64,000 nucleotides of DNA, from NCBI GenBank assembly GCA_028826165.1, contig JAPDFW010000113.1, positions 120,062-184,061 of the forward strand. The letters run 5' to 3'. Position numbers and translations under genes: made by a program. Shown one piece after another: positions 13,601 through 24,955 of this stretch; positions within the stretch are counted from its first letter, which is position 1; every line of letters begins with the position of its first letter. The notes under the pieces are model-generated. The model was not told the origin of the DNA and ran no database searches. It saw nothing but the letters and a program-made list of their open reading frames with translations. The DNA comes from Anaeramoeba ignava BMAN (lineage: Eukaryota > Protista > Anaeramoebae).

Positions 13601-14612
13601 ATTAAATTATAAATTAAATTATAAATAAAATTATAAATTAAAATTATAAATAAAATTATAAATTAAAATTATAAATTAAATTATAAATTAAAATTATAAA
13701 TAAAAATATAAATAAAAAAATATAAATAAAATTATAAATTAAATTATAAATTAAAATTATAAATTAAAAATATAAATAAAATTATAAATTAAAATTATAA
13801 ATAAAATTATAAATAAAATTATAAATAAAATTATAAATAAAATTATAAATAAAATTATAAATAAAATTAAAAATTTAATTATAAATTTTAAAATAAATAA
13901 AATTATAAATATAATTATAAATAAAATTATAAATAAAATTATAAATATAATTATAAATAAAATTATAAATTAAATTATAAATAAAATTATAAATAAAATT
14001 ATAAATAAAATTATAAATAAAATTATAAATAAAATTATAAATTAAAATTATAAATAAAATTATAAATTAAATTATAATTTACGATGAACTGCTTTTCCTC
14101 CAAGATAATCATCTAATTCAACTGTTTTATATGCTGCAACTCCTGATTCATCTTGTGTAGTTTCAGTTCCAAGCCAGAAATAAGCATCATAACCTAATCC
14201 AAAAGTTAATTTTTTTGTCTAATAAAAAAAAAAGCAAAAAAAAAGAAAAAAAAAGCAAAAAAAAATTTTTTTTAATTGTTTTAATTTAATTTTAAATATA
14301 AATATTTAAAGGGGTATTTTTTTTGAATTTATTTTATTTTATTTTAATTTTTTACATGAAGGCAAATAAATGAATCTCCAGTTAAGAAAACACCAGGTCT
14401 TGGCCATGGAACCACTTTCAATTTCTCAATTCTCCAAACTTCAATTCCTCTGTTTTAAAATGAGAATTAAAAAAAAAAAAAAGCAAAAAAATTTTAAATA
14501 AAAAAAGATTAATTTTAATTTTAATTTTTTTTAATTTAAATTTATTTATATTTTTATTTATAAATCTTTACGGTTTTTGTCCTGGTTTAAATTTAACAAA
14601 TTCACTTGTCAT
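10670..14612 (-). CDS. Villin/gelsolin-family actin-binding protein with C-terminal headpiece (~802 aa, 4 exons)
   Basis: Exons 14612-14572, 14449-14356, 14218-14083 and 12807-10670 join in frame through GT-AG introns. Gelsolin motifs WRIE, FWLG..T.DE, REVQ..ES, SLN.GDVF. Headpiece [16 protein letters not shown]. Confidence 0.95.
12810..14080. repeat. 11-bp (AAATTATAAAT)n pure-AT minisatellite inside villin intron 3
   Basis: Direct tandem repeat lying between donor 14082 and acceptor 12808. Confidence 0.95.
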
Positions 14613-14871
14613 GTTTTTCTTTTAATATTTCTTTTAATTTAATTTTTTGAGTTTTTTTTTTTTTTAATTGGAAATAAAAAAATGAAAAGTTTGCAGGCAA
14701 AAAAATTTATTTTTTATTTTAATTTTTTTTTTTTTTAAAATTATTTAAATATAAATTTATATATATATCTTTTTATATTTTAAATATTTTTTATTTTTTT
14801 TTTTCTCCTTTTATTTATTTTTATTCTCCTTTTTTTATTTTTTTTTTTTCTTTTTCTTTTTTAATTAAAAA

Positions 14872-17800
14872 ATGAATGAATTAATTCAAGCAATTCAAAA
14901 TAATAATATAAAATTAATTAAACAATTATTAAAAAATTCAGAAATTGATTTAAATTTTCATTTTAATGAAAATAATGTAAATTTAAACTTGAAAAACACA
15001 ATTTTAAACACAAAATTTACATTTATAAAATGAATTCTTTAAAAGAATAACAGTTTTTTACATATTGCTTGTTCTCATAATGCTAATTTAAAAATTCTTA
15101 AAATATTAATTGAGAAAGGTGCTGATGTTAATTTAAGAAATGTTGCTATTCTTTTTATCAAATCATTTATAATTAAATTTATAATTAAATTTATAATAAA
15201 ATTTATAACAAAATTTATAATTAAATTTATAATTATATTTATAATTAAATTTATAATTAAATTTATAATAAATTTATAATTAAATTTATAATTAAATTTA
15301 TAATTAAATTTATAATTAAATTTATAATTAAATTTATAATTAAATTTATAATTAAATTTATAATTAAATTTATAATTAAATTTATAATTAAATTTATAAT
15401 TAAATTTATAATTAAATTTATAATTAAATTTATAATTATATTTATAATTAAATTTATAATTAAATTTATAATTAAATTTATATTTATAATTAAATTTATA
15501 ATTAAATTTATAATTAAATTTATAATTAAATTTATAATTAAATTTATAATTAAATTTATAATTAAATTTATATTTATAATTAAAATTTATAATTAAATTT
15601 ATAATTAAATTTATAATTAAATTTATAATTAAATTTATAATTAAATTTATAATTAAATTTATAATTAAATTTATAATTAAATTTATAATTAAATTTATAA
15701 TTAAATTTATAATTAAATTTATAATTAAATTTATAATTAAATTTATAATTAAATTTATAATTAAATTTTTTAATTAAATTTATAATTAAATTTTACAATT
15801 AAATATATAATTAAATTTATATTTAAATTTATAATCAAATTTATATTTAAATTTATAATCAAATTTATAATTATATTTATAATATTAAAATTTATAATTA
15901 AATTTATAATTAAATTTTATAATTAAATTTATAATTAAATTTATAATTAAATTTATAATTAAATTTATAATTAAATTTATAATTAAATTTATAATTAAAT
16001 TTATAAATAAATTTATAATTAAATTTATAATTAAATTTATAATTAAATTTTTAATTAAATTTTTTTGATTTATAGAATGTAAATTTATAAATTTAAAAAC
16101 TTTAAATTTCTAATTATTTATTTAAAAAAAGAGAGTAAATTTGAAAATAAATATTATTTTTATTCTATATTTTTATTCCATATTTTTAGTCTGAAACACC
16201 ACTTTATATAGCTTGTTTATTTGGTCTAAAATTAAATTGTCTTAAATTCTTAATTAAATCTGGTGCTGATATTCATGCTCAAAATGTATATTTTATCATA
16301 ATTATTTTTATTTTTATTTTTATTTTTATATTTATTTTTATTCCATATTTTTTTAGAAAGTAAAATTATTAAATAAATCTTAATTTCCTTTTTTTTTTCT
16401 TATTAAAAATGAATTAGGATGTAAGTTATTTTATTTTCTTGATAAAATTTTTTTTATTTTTTCTATATTTTCTAAATTAAAAAGAAAGATACACCATTAC
16501 ATGGTGCTTGTGAAAGAGGAGATTTAGATGCAATCAAATTCTTGATTGAAGAAGGTGCAAAAGTTAATATTAAAAATGTATAAAAAAAAAAAGCAAAATT
16601 CATTTCATTATATTTATTCAAAATAAATAAATAGGATGTATTTCATTGTATTTTAGTTTAGTTTATTATTTAATTTTGCTAAAATTTATTTATCTAGTGG
16701 GTTGGTTATTCTTTAATTTATTTATAATTCAATAATAATCTTATTTGCATTTTTTTGTTAAAAAAAAGGATGAAATTCCTCTTCATTATTCTTGTACTTC
16801 TCTCTTAAAATTGGAAATTATTCAAATACTTTTAGAAACAGGATCAGATATTCTTTCACAAACTGTAATGATTTGAATAAAACATTTCAAAAACATTTCA
16901 ATTCAAAAATATTTCAAAAACAATTCAAAAACAATTCAAAAACATTTCAAAAACATTTCAATTCAAAAATATTCCATTTCAAAAATATTTCAATTCAAAA
17001 ATATTTCAATTCAAAAATATTTCAATTCAAAAATATTCCAATTCAAAAATATTTCAATTCAAAAACATTTCAATTCAAAAATATTTCAATTCAAAAATAT
17101 TTCAATTCAAAAACATTTCAATTCAAAAATATTTCAATTCAAAAATATTTCAATTCAAAAATATTTCAATTTAAAAACAATTCAAAAACATTTCAATTCA
17201 AAAATATTCCAATTCAAAAATATTTCAATTCAAAAATATTTCAATTCAAAAATATTCCAATTCAAAAATATTCCAATTCAAAAATATTTCAATTCAAAAA
17301 TATTTCAATTCAAAAATATTTCAATTCAAAAATATTTCAATTCAAAAATATTACAATTCAAAAATATTTCAATTCAAAAACAATTCAAAAACAATTCAAA
17401 AACAATTCAAAAATATTTCAAAAACAATTCAAAAACATTTCAATTCAAAAATATTTCAATTCAAAAATATTCTAATTCAAAAACATTTCAAAAACAATTC
17501 AAAAATATTTCAATTCAAAAATATTACAATTCAAAAATATTTCAATTCAAAAACAATTCAAAAACAATTCAAAAACATTTCAAAAATATTGATTAATTTA
17601 AATTAATTTAGAAAGTAAAAATTTTATAAATTATTCCTCAAAATAAAAATTTATCTTTTTTTATTTGGAAAATTTATACTTTTTAATTTAGTTTGTAATT
17701 TTCAAATAAGAATTCTCTTTTTCTCTTCAAAGAAATGAAAAATTGTTTTGATTAAATTTAATCAATAAAATTCAAATCTATATTTATAGCAAGAAACACC

Positions 17801-19411
17801 ACTTCATTATGCTTGTGTAAATAGAGCATCACATGAAATTGTTCAATTAATGTTAAATTTTGGTGCAAGTGTTTCAATTGAAAATGTTCGATTAATTTTT
17901 ATAATTTAATAAACGAATTTTAATATTTATTAAATTATATATAAATAAAAAAAAAGAAAGTAAATTTGGAAATTTGGAAAATATTTAATGATTGAAATTA
18001 TGTTTTTTATTTTTGATAGAGAGTATTTATTAAAAAACAAAAAATCATTTAAAAACTTTTTTTTAATTTTTTTTTTGTATAAAATTAAGCTTTATACTCC
18101 TCTTCATTATGCTTGCTTAAGTGAATGCGAATATCAAGTTATTGATCTTTTAATAAAAGCAGGTGCAAATGTTAATGCTAGAAATGTAAATATTTCTGGT
18201 TTTTAAAGCTTTATTTTATCAAAATAACAATATTTTCAATAAATAAATAAATAGGATGTAAATTTATTCAATAAATTGTTTTTTTTTTAAAAATTAAAAT
18301 TAATATATTTAGCAAGTAATTTAAATAATTTCATATTTATATTTCAAATTTATATTCATATTTAAATTCATAAAGGAAATAACTCCATTACATTATGCAA
18401 TTAAAAAAGAAATGAGTTTTGAAGCAATAGAATTATTACTAAATGCAGGAGCAGATATTAATATTTTAAATGTATTGATTAAAAATTAATTCTCAATAAA
18501 AAATTGTTTTAAATCAATTTAAATTTGTTTTGAATATCAGAATGTAATTTAATCAAAAAGTAAATAAAAATAAAAAAATTAAAATCATTTTAAAAAGAGA
18601 GTAAAATAAAATTAAAATTAAATAAAAAATAATTTATTCAGAATTGAATTGAATATTATCTTAGGGAGAAGAATTAGAACCACTTCGTGATAATGTAAAA
18701 GAATTATTCCAATATCATTCCAGTTTCGAAGAAGATTTCACAAATTTATTTTCACGACAAGAATTTACAGATGAAATAATTCAATGCAAAAATGGAGAAT
18801 TTGGTGTTCATAAAATGATTATCAATTACAGAATTGGGGAGAAAAAATACCCACAAATATATCAAGTTCTGAAAAATTGGGATAAAAAAAAGGCGATGAA
18901 ATTTTTTGAATTTTTATATGGAAATTGTGTTAAAGCATTTACACAAGAAAACGAAATACAAAATCTTTTGAAAGAACTTTCTTTTACAGAATTTAAAAAT
19001 AAAAGAGGAAAAAAAGGATTAATTGATGATTTTGAACGAATGATTCAAGATGAAAATTCAAAAGATTTTCAAATTATTGTTGAACAAAAACCTATTCGTG
19101 TTCATAAAATTGTTTTGATAGCAAGAAGTGATCTTTTTAGAGGAATGTTTCTTAATGTTCAAGATGATTCCAATCAAGTAAAAGATTATAGTGGCAAATC
19201 TTATGAAACCATAAGAACTTTAGTTAATTTCTTTTATAATGATCAACTTCCTGATTCAGTTTCTAATCAAGTTGTAACGGAATTATTGGATTGCAAAGAT
19301 TTTTATCAGTTAAATCAAAATACTATTTTGAATTATAAATTGAAAAATATAATGAAGAAAAGAAAAATGACAAAAAATTTAGCAGAAATTGAGAATTATG
19401 AAAAGATTTAA
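14872..19411 (+). CDS. Ankyrin-repeat plus BTB/POZ protein (~520 aa, 23 exons including 14 three-nucleotide microexons)
   Basis: Exons: 14872-14976, 15046-15141, 16076-16078, 16132-16134, 16190-16285, 16357-16359, 16418-16420, 16485-16577, 16635-16637, 16698-16700, 16769-16864, 17612-17614, 17692-17694, 17790-17885, 17957-17959, 18020-18022, 18090-18185, 18255-18257, 18313-18315, 18376-18471, 18541-18543, 18598-18600, 18665-19411. All introns are GT-AG and phase 0. Repeats read TPLH/Y..GADVN. The last exon carries two BTB-like segments (FTD..GVHKMII; SKDFQIIV..IRVHKIVLIARSDLFRGMF). Confidence 0.9.
15165..16065. repeat. 12-bp (ATAATTAAATTT)n minisatellite in ankyrin-gene intron 2
   Basis: Direct tandem repeat, AG-free on the sense strand. 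Confidence 0.95.
16076..18600 (+). other. Seven pairs of single-codon microexons (N,R / K,D / D,W / K,F / K,R / D,Q / N,R)
   Basis: AG|NNN|GT occurs exactly twice after every ankyrin exon. Including both restores the consensus 7-residue spacing between GADVN and TPLH. Confidence 0.88.
16878..17590. repeat. 16-bp (ATTCAAAAATATTTCA)n minisatellite in an ankyrin-gene intron
   Basis: Direct tandem repeat between donor 16865 and acceptor 17611. It is the source of spurious ORF 16792-17475. Confidence 0.95.
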
Positions 19412-19594
19412 TAAATAATAAAAAATAATAAAAAATAATTTGGAAAAGATTTAATATTTAATTTTAAATTTGTTTTATTTGTTAATGTCAAAAAAAAATG
19501 TCAAAAAAAAAAAAAAATCATTCACTATAAAAAAACCGAAAAAAAAATTTTTTTCATTTTTCATTTTTCATTTTTTTTTTCTCTTATTTATTTA

Positions 19595-22063
19595 ATGACA
19601 ACATCACAAATCCAAACAACACCTAAAATCCAAAAATTAACGCAAGAAGTAATAAATCGAATAGCAGCAGGAGAAGTAATACAAAGACCAAGTTCAGCAA
19701 TAAAAGAATTATTAGAAAACAGTTTAGATGCGAAATCAACAAGCATCACAATACAAATCAAAGAAGGGGGATTAAAACAGATCAGAATAATAGATAATGG
19801 ACATGGAATTAAAGTAGAAGATCTGCCTCTTCTTTGCGAACGATTTACAACAAGCAAACTAAGAAGTTTTGAAGATCTTCAACAAATTTCAACGTTTGGC
19901 TTTAGAGGAGAAGCTCTTGCAAGCATTAGTCATGTTGCCCATATTTCAATTATAACAAAAACTCCTGATTCTTCTTGCGCTTATAAGGCTTGTTATGCTG
20001 ATGGCGCTTTATCTCCTTGCGGAAGAGACGGAAATAAAGACCCTCAGCCTTGCGCAGGAACAAATGGAACTCAAATCAATGTTGAAGATCTTTTTTATAA
20101 TGTTCTTACAAGAAAACGTGCTTTTGGAAATGCAAACAAAGAGTTTCGACGAATTGTCGATGTTGTTTCTAAATATTCTATTCTTAATAATCATGTTTCT
20201 TTCACTTGCAAAAGACACGATCAAAAATCTCCAACTTTGCATACTTCCCAAACAACTAATCGCACAAATACTATTCAAAACATTTATGGAGCAAATTTAG
20301 CTTCTCAACTTATTACTTTTAGTTTCGAAAATACTGACTATCCCCATTCAGTAGAAGCTATTATTTCAAACACTATTTATAGCATGAAAAAATTTCTTTT
20401 TATTCTCTTTATCAATAACAGACTTGTTGATAATGTTTCTTTGAAAAAAGCTGTTGAATCAGCTTATTCTGCTTATTTGCAAAGAGGTGTTCATCCTTTT
20501 GTTTTTCTTTCTATTAAAATCCCTCCAAATAATTTGGATGTTAATATTCATCCAACAAAAAAAGAAGTTCGTTTTCTTCATGAAGAAAAAATTATCGAGT
20601 CAATTCAAGAACAAATTATGAAAAAATTACAAGAATCTTCATCTTCTAAAACATTTATAACAACATCTCAACTTTCATCAACAAAATTATCTTCTCAAAT
20701 TTTAATTATATCAGATAAATCACAAACAAAGAAAACACCTGTTAAATCTATTATTGAGAAGAATTCAAGTTTACCATTTGAAAAAGTGAAGAAGAATTTG
20801 AATGAAAATGAAAATGAAAATGAAAATCAAATTAAAAATACAAATAATGAAAATAATGAAAATAATGAAAATACTAAAAAAGGAGCCTATCAATATCAAA
20901 GAGTTAGAGTTGATGATACAGATCAAACTCTTGATAAATTTATTCTTTCTGAAAGGATTCATAATAAAGAAAATAATAATAAAGAAAATAAAAATAATGA
21001 AAATAAAAATAATGAAAATAATAATGAAAATAATAATATGGAAATTGAATCTATTGATTTACTTGTTGAAAGTCAAAATTCTGAATCAATTACAAAAAAT
21101 TCAACAAATTCAACAATTTCAGATTTATCAATTTCTGTTGATGAAAAAGATAAAGATAAAAAGAAAAAAGATAAAAAGAAAAAAGATAAAAAAAAAGATA
21201 AAAAGAAAGATAAAAAGAAAAAAGAAGAAAATTCACAAATTTCTTCTAATAAAACATTCCTGAAAAAACGTAGAAAATGGAGAGATGTTCAACTCACAAG
21301 CATAAAAACACTTCGACAAGAAATCGAAGATAACAAACATGAAATAATCAGCGATATATTCAATCATCATGTATTTGTAGGATTAATCGACACAAGACAC
21401 GCACTAATTCAATACCAAACAAAATTATATCTAGTTGATGTATTTTTAACAACAAGAGAACTTTTCTATCAAAATATATTAAAAAAATTCTCAAACTTTT
21501 CAATCATAAAATTTGAAAAAGCACTTTCTTTAAAAGAATTAATATTTATAGCATTAAATAGTAATTTTAGTGGATGGAGTTCAGAAGATGGAGATAAAAA
21601 TGAATTTGCAGATTCTGTTGTTGATATTTTTCTCTCAAGAAGATTGATGCTACTTGATTATTTTTCAATTGAAGTTTCTCAAGAAGGAAATCTTTGTTCT
21701 CTTCCACTTTTGATTAATGATTATATTCCTAATTTTAGTTTTCTTCCTGTTCTTATTCTTCGTTTGGGAACTGAAGTTGATTGGAGTGAAGAATTTAATT
21801 GTTTAAAAATGATTAGCCATGAATTGGCTGAATTTTATGCTTTTAAAAATATTCCAAATTTTGAAAATCAAAATCAAATTCAAAATCAAATTCAAAATCA
21901 AAATCAATCAGATAAAATTTTATCACAAAAAGAAATTATTCAATCTCTTGTTTTTCCTACTTTTAAAAAGGGTTTTGTTGCTCCTCAATGGTTTATGACT
22001 GAAAGTGTTATTGTGGAAATTGCTTCTTTAGAAAAATTATATAAGATTTTTGAAAGATGTTAA
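19595..22063 (+). CDS. MLH1: DNA mismatch repair protein MLH1 (822 aa, intronless)
   Basis: INRIAAGEVIQRP, KELLENSLDA, GFRGEALASISHV, DVNIHPTKKEV, and the MLH1-specific C-terminal LYKIFERC. Confidence 0.97.
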   Translation: MTTSQIQTTPKIQKLTQEVINRIAAGEVIQRPSSAIKELLENSLDAKSTSITIQIKEGGLKQIRIIDNGHGIKVEDLPLLCERFTTSKLRSFEDLQQISTFGFRGEALASISHVAHISIITKTPDSSCAYKACYADGALSPCGRDGNKDPQPCAGTNGTQINVEDLFYNVLTRKRAFGNANKEFRRIVDVVSKYSILNNHVSFTCKRHDQKSPTLHTSQTTNRTNTIQNIYGANLASQLITFSFENTDYPHSVEAIISNTIYSMKKFLFILFINNRLVDNVSLKKAVESAYSAYLQRGVHPFVFLSIKIPPNNLDVNIHPTKKEVRFLHEEKIIESIQEQIMKKLQESSSSKTFITTSQLSSTKLSSQILIISDKSQTKKTPVKSIIEKNSSLPFEKVKKNLNENENENENQIKNTNNENNENNENTKKGAYQYQRVRVDDTDQTLDKFILSERIHNKENNNKENKNNENKNNENNNENNNMEIESIDLLVESQNSESITKNSTNSTISDLSISVDEKDKDKKKKDKKKKDKKKDKKKDKKKKEENSQISSNKTFLKKRRKWRDVQLTSIKTLRQEIEDNKHEIISDIFNHHVFVGLIDTRHALIQYQTKLYLVDVFLTTRELFYQNILKKFSNFSIIKFEKALSLKELIFIALNSNFSGWSSEDGDKNEFADSVVDIFLSRRLMLLDYFSIEVSQEGNLCSLPLLINDYIPNFSFLPVLILRLGTEVDWSEEFNCLKMISHELAEFYAFKNIPNFENQNQIQNQIQNQNQSDKILSQKEIIQSLVFPTFKKGFVAPQWFMTESVIVEIASLEKLYKIFERC

Positions 22064-22130
22064 AAAACAAAAATCAAAAAAAAAAAATTTTTAATTTTTT
22101 AATTTCATTTTTTTCATTTTTTTTCTTTTA

Positions 22131-24602
22131 ATGCAAAATAAAATTAATTCTATTCCAAATTTATTTTTTGATCAACAACCAATTTGTTTTGATTTTCATC
22201 CTAAATCAAATATTATTAGTGTTGGTTTAATTGATGGAAAAATTGAATTGTAAAAAAAATAAAATTTAAATATAAAATCTATTATAAAATTTAAATATAA
22301 AATCAATCAAAAAAAAGGTTTCGTTTTTCTTTAGAAGGAAATGAAAAAGTTATTGATATAAATATTCATAAAGATTCTTGTAGAAATATTCTTTTTACAT
22401 CTCAAGAAAATAGTAATAAAATTTTATTTTAAAATTAAAATTAAAATTAAATTTAAATTTAAAATTCGTTATTATTTTTTTTAAATTTATTTCAAGTTCT
22501 TTTATCAGCATCAAAAGATAGAACATTTTGTTTATTTGATTTAGAAAATCAATCAACAATTTGGCGTAAATTACAAGCACACACGTATTTATAAATGAAT
22601 TTTAATTTTATAAATGAATTTTAATTTTATAAATGAATTTTAATTTTAAATTTAATTTTAATTTTAATTTTAATTTTAATTTTAATTTTAATTTTAATTT
22701 TAATTTTAATTTTAATTTTAATTTTAAATTTAATTTTAATTTTAATTTTAAATTTAATTTTAATTTTAATTTTAAATTTAATTTTAATTTTAATTTTAAA
22801 TTTAATTTTAATTTTAATTTTAATTTTAATTTTAATTTTAATTTTAATTTTATAAATGAATTTTAATTCAAAATAAAAAATGTTTTATTTAGAACTCCAA
22901 TTTGTTCTACAATTGAATTTAATCCAAATTCTCTTATAACTGGTGATGAAAATGGAATTATTAAAATTTGGGATAAAAGAACTCAAAAATCAGTTAAAAT
23001 TTTTAAAGAAAATAGTGATTTTATATCACAATTAAAAGTTGAAGAAAATCAACAAATTTTATTAGCAACAAGGTTAATAAAATTTAAACTATTATGAATT
23101 TATTTATAATTTATTTTAAAATTTAATTTTTTATTCTTTTTTTTAGTGGAGATGGAACTTTATCAACTTTTGATCTTAGAAACATGAAACCTTATATTCT
23201 TTCTGAAACAATAGATGATGAACTTCTTTCTTTTGAAATTATCAAAGTAAATATAAAATTTTATCCGATTTTAAAACTAAATTAAAAATATTATTAAATC
23301 AAAAATAATTTTTATCTGATTTTAAAACTAAATTAAAAATATTATTAAATCAAAAATATTATTAAATCAAAAATAATATTAAATTCAAAATATTATTAAA
23401 TTGAAAATATTATTAAATTGAAAATATTATTAAATTAAAAATATTATTAAATTAAAAATAATATTAAATTGAAAATAATATTAAATCAAAAATAATTTTA
23501 AATTGAAAATAAATTTTATCCGATTTTAAAACTAAATCAAAAATATTATTAAATTAAAAATAATATTAAATTGAAAATATTATTAAATTCAAAAATAATA
23601 TTAAATTGAAAATAAATTTTATCCGATTTTAAAATTAAATCAAAAATAATATTAAATCAAAAATATTATTAAATCAAAAATAATATTAAATCAAAAATAT
23701 TAAATCAAAAATATTATTAAATCAAAAATAATATTAAATCAAAAATATTATTAAATCAAAAATAATATTAAATTCAAAATAATTTTAAATTTAAAATAAT
23801 TTTAAATTGAAAATATTATTAAATTGAAAATATTATTAAATTGAAAATAATATTAAATTGAAAATAAAAGAATGGTTCAAAAGTAATTTGTGGATCTCAA
23901 TCAGGTTCTTTACATCTATACGATTGGGATATGTTTGGTGCAATATCATCAAGTTTTGCAGGACATCCTGATTCAGTTGATACAATAGCAAAAATTAGTG
24001 AAGATTTAATTTGTACAGGATCTTTTGATGGATTAATTAGAGTTATTTCAATTCTACCAAATCAATTAATAGGAGTAATTGGAAAACATGAATATCCAAT
24101 TGAACAAATTCAATTTGATTCATCAAAATCTTTTCTTGCAAGTTGTTCTCATGATAATTTAATTAAATTTTGGGAAGTAAAATTTTTATTTGAAGAAGAT
24201 GATGAAAATCAAAATGAAAATGAAAATTCAAATGAAAATCAAAATCAAAATCAAAATTCAAATGAAAATCAAAATCAAAATGAAAATGAAATTCAAATTG
24301 AAAATGAAAATTCAAATGAAAATCAAAATGAAAATCAAAATCAAAATTCAAATGAAAATGAAATTCAAAATTCAAATGAAAATGAAAATGAAAATCAAAA
24401 TCAAAATCAAAATCAAAATCAAAATCAAAATCAAAATCAAAATCAAAATCAAAATCAAAATCAAAATCAAAATCAAAATCAAATGCAAATTGATAAGAAA
24501 AACAAAAACAACAAAAACAAAAAAAAACCAAAACAAAAATTCCAAAAGAAAAAGAAAATTTTAAAAAAAAAAAGAAGAAACAAATTTTTTTCAAATTTAT
24601 AA
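22131..24602 (+). CDS. WDR55: WD40-repeat protein, WDR55/JIP5-like (~437 aa, 6 exons)
   Basis: Exons 22131-22249, 22318-22412, 22497-22584, 22893-23072, 23147-23246 and 23871-24602 join in frame. Motifs [63 protein letters not shown]-rich tail, basic end, terminal FFSNL. Confidence 0.85.
22590..22865. repeat. (TTTTAA)n microsatellite in WDR55 intron 3
   Basis: Direct hexamer repeat. Confidence 0.95.
23255..23865. repeat. ~16-bp (AAAATATTATTAAATC/TG)n minisatellite in WDR55 intron 5
   Basis: Direct tandem repeat between donor 23247 and acceptor 23870. Confidence 0.9.
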
Positions 24603-24955
24603 AATTCCTTTTTCTCTTAAAAAAAAATAATAGATTTAAAAATAAATTTTTTTCAAGATCTTCTTTTAATTTTATTTCTATTGAAGAAAATGAAGAATTT
24701 AATTGATTATTCATTTTTAAAAAAATGGAATTGAAAAAAAAAATAAAAAGTGGAATTGAAAAAAAAATAAAATTGTTTAAAAATTGATCAAAAAAAACAA
24801 AAACAAATGACTTTTTAATCTTTTAAGTTTTAAAAAAATTTATTAAAGAATTAATTGTTAATTCCATTATCATTGATTGAATAAAAAAAATTTGTATTCT
24901 TTTCTTTTAATTATTTTAAATTTTTGTTTTTGTTTTTTAAAAAATTATTAAAAAA

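Noticed and set aside
14221-14490. Recurrent AAAAAGCAAAAA (TTTTGCTTTT on the sense strand) near acceptors, also at 16590 and 33472
   Set aside because: It occurs in both orientations relative to transcription and only inside long A runs. It may be a homopolymer sequencing artefact and cannot be supported as a splicing signal.
16792-17475. 227-aa ORF (FNSKIFQFKNISIQKY repeats)
   Set aside because: It is the translation of a 16-bp intronic minisatellite. The real exon 16769-16864 is in another frame.
17988-18206. 72-aa ORF with one ankyrin repeat, read as a standalone gene
   Set aside because: It is exon 18090-18185 of the larger gene plus flanking intron read-through.
22633-22866. FNFNFN ORF, and likewise 24163-24714, 24190-24564, 39005-39211, 40441-40719, 40918-41749 antisense or alternate-frame ORFs and 59000-59269
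   Set aside because: These are stop-free frames of microsatellites or shadows of low-complexity coding regions.
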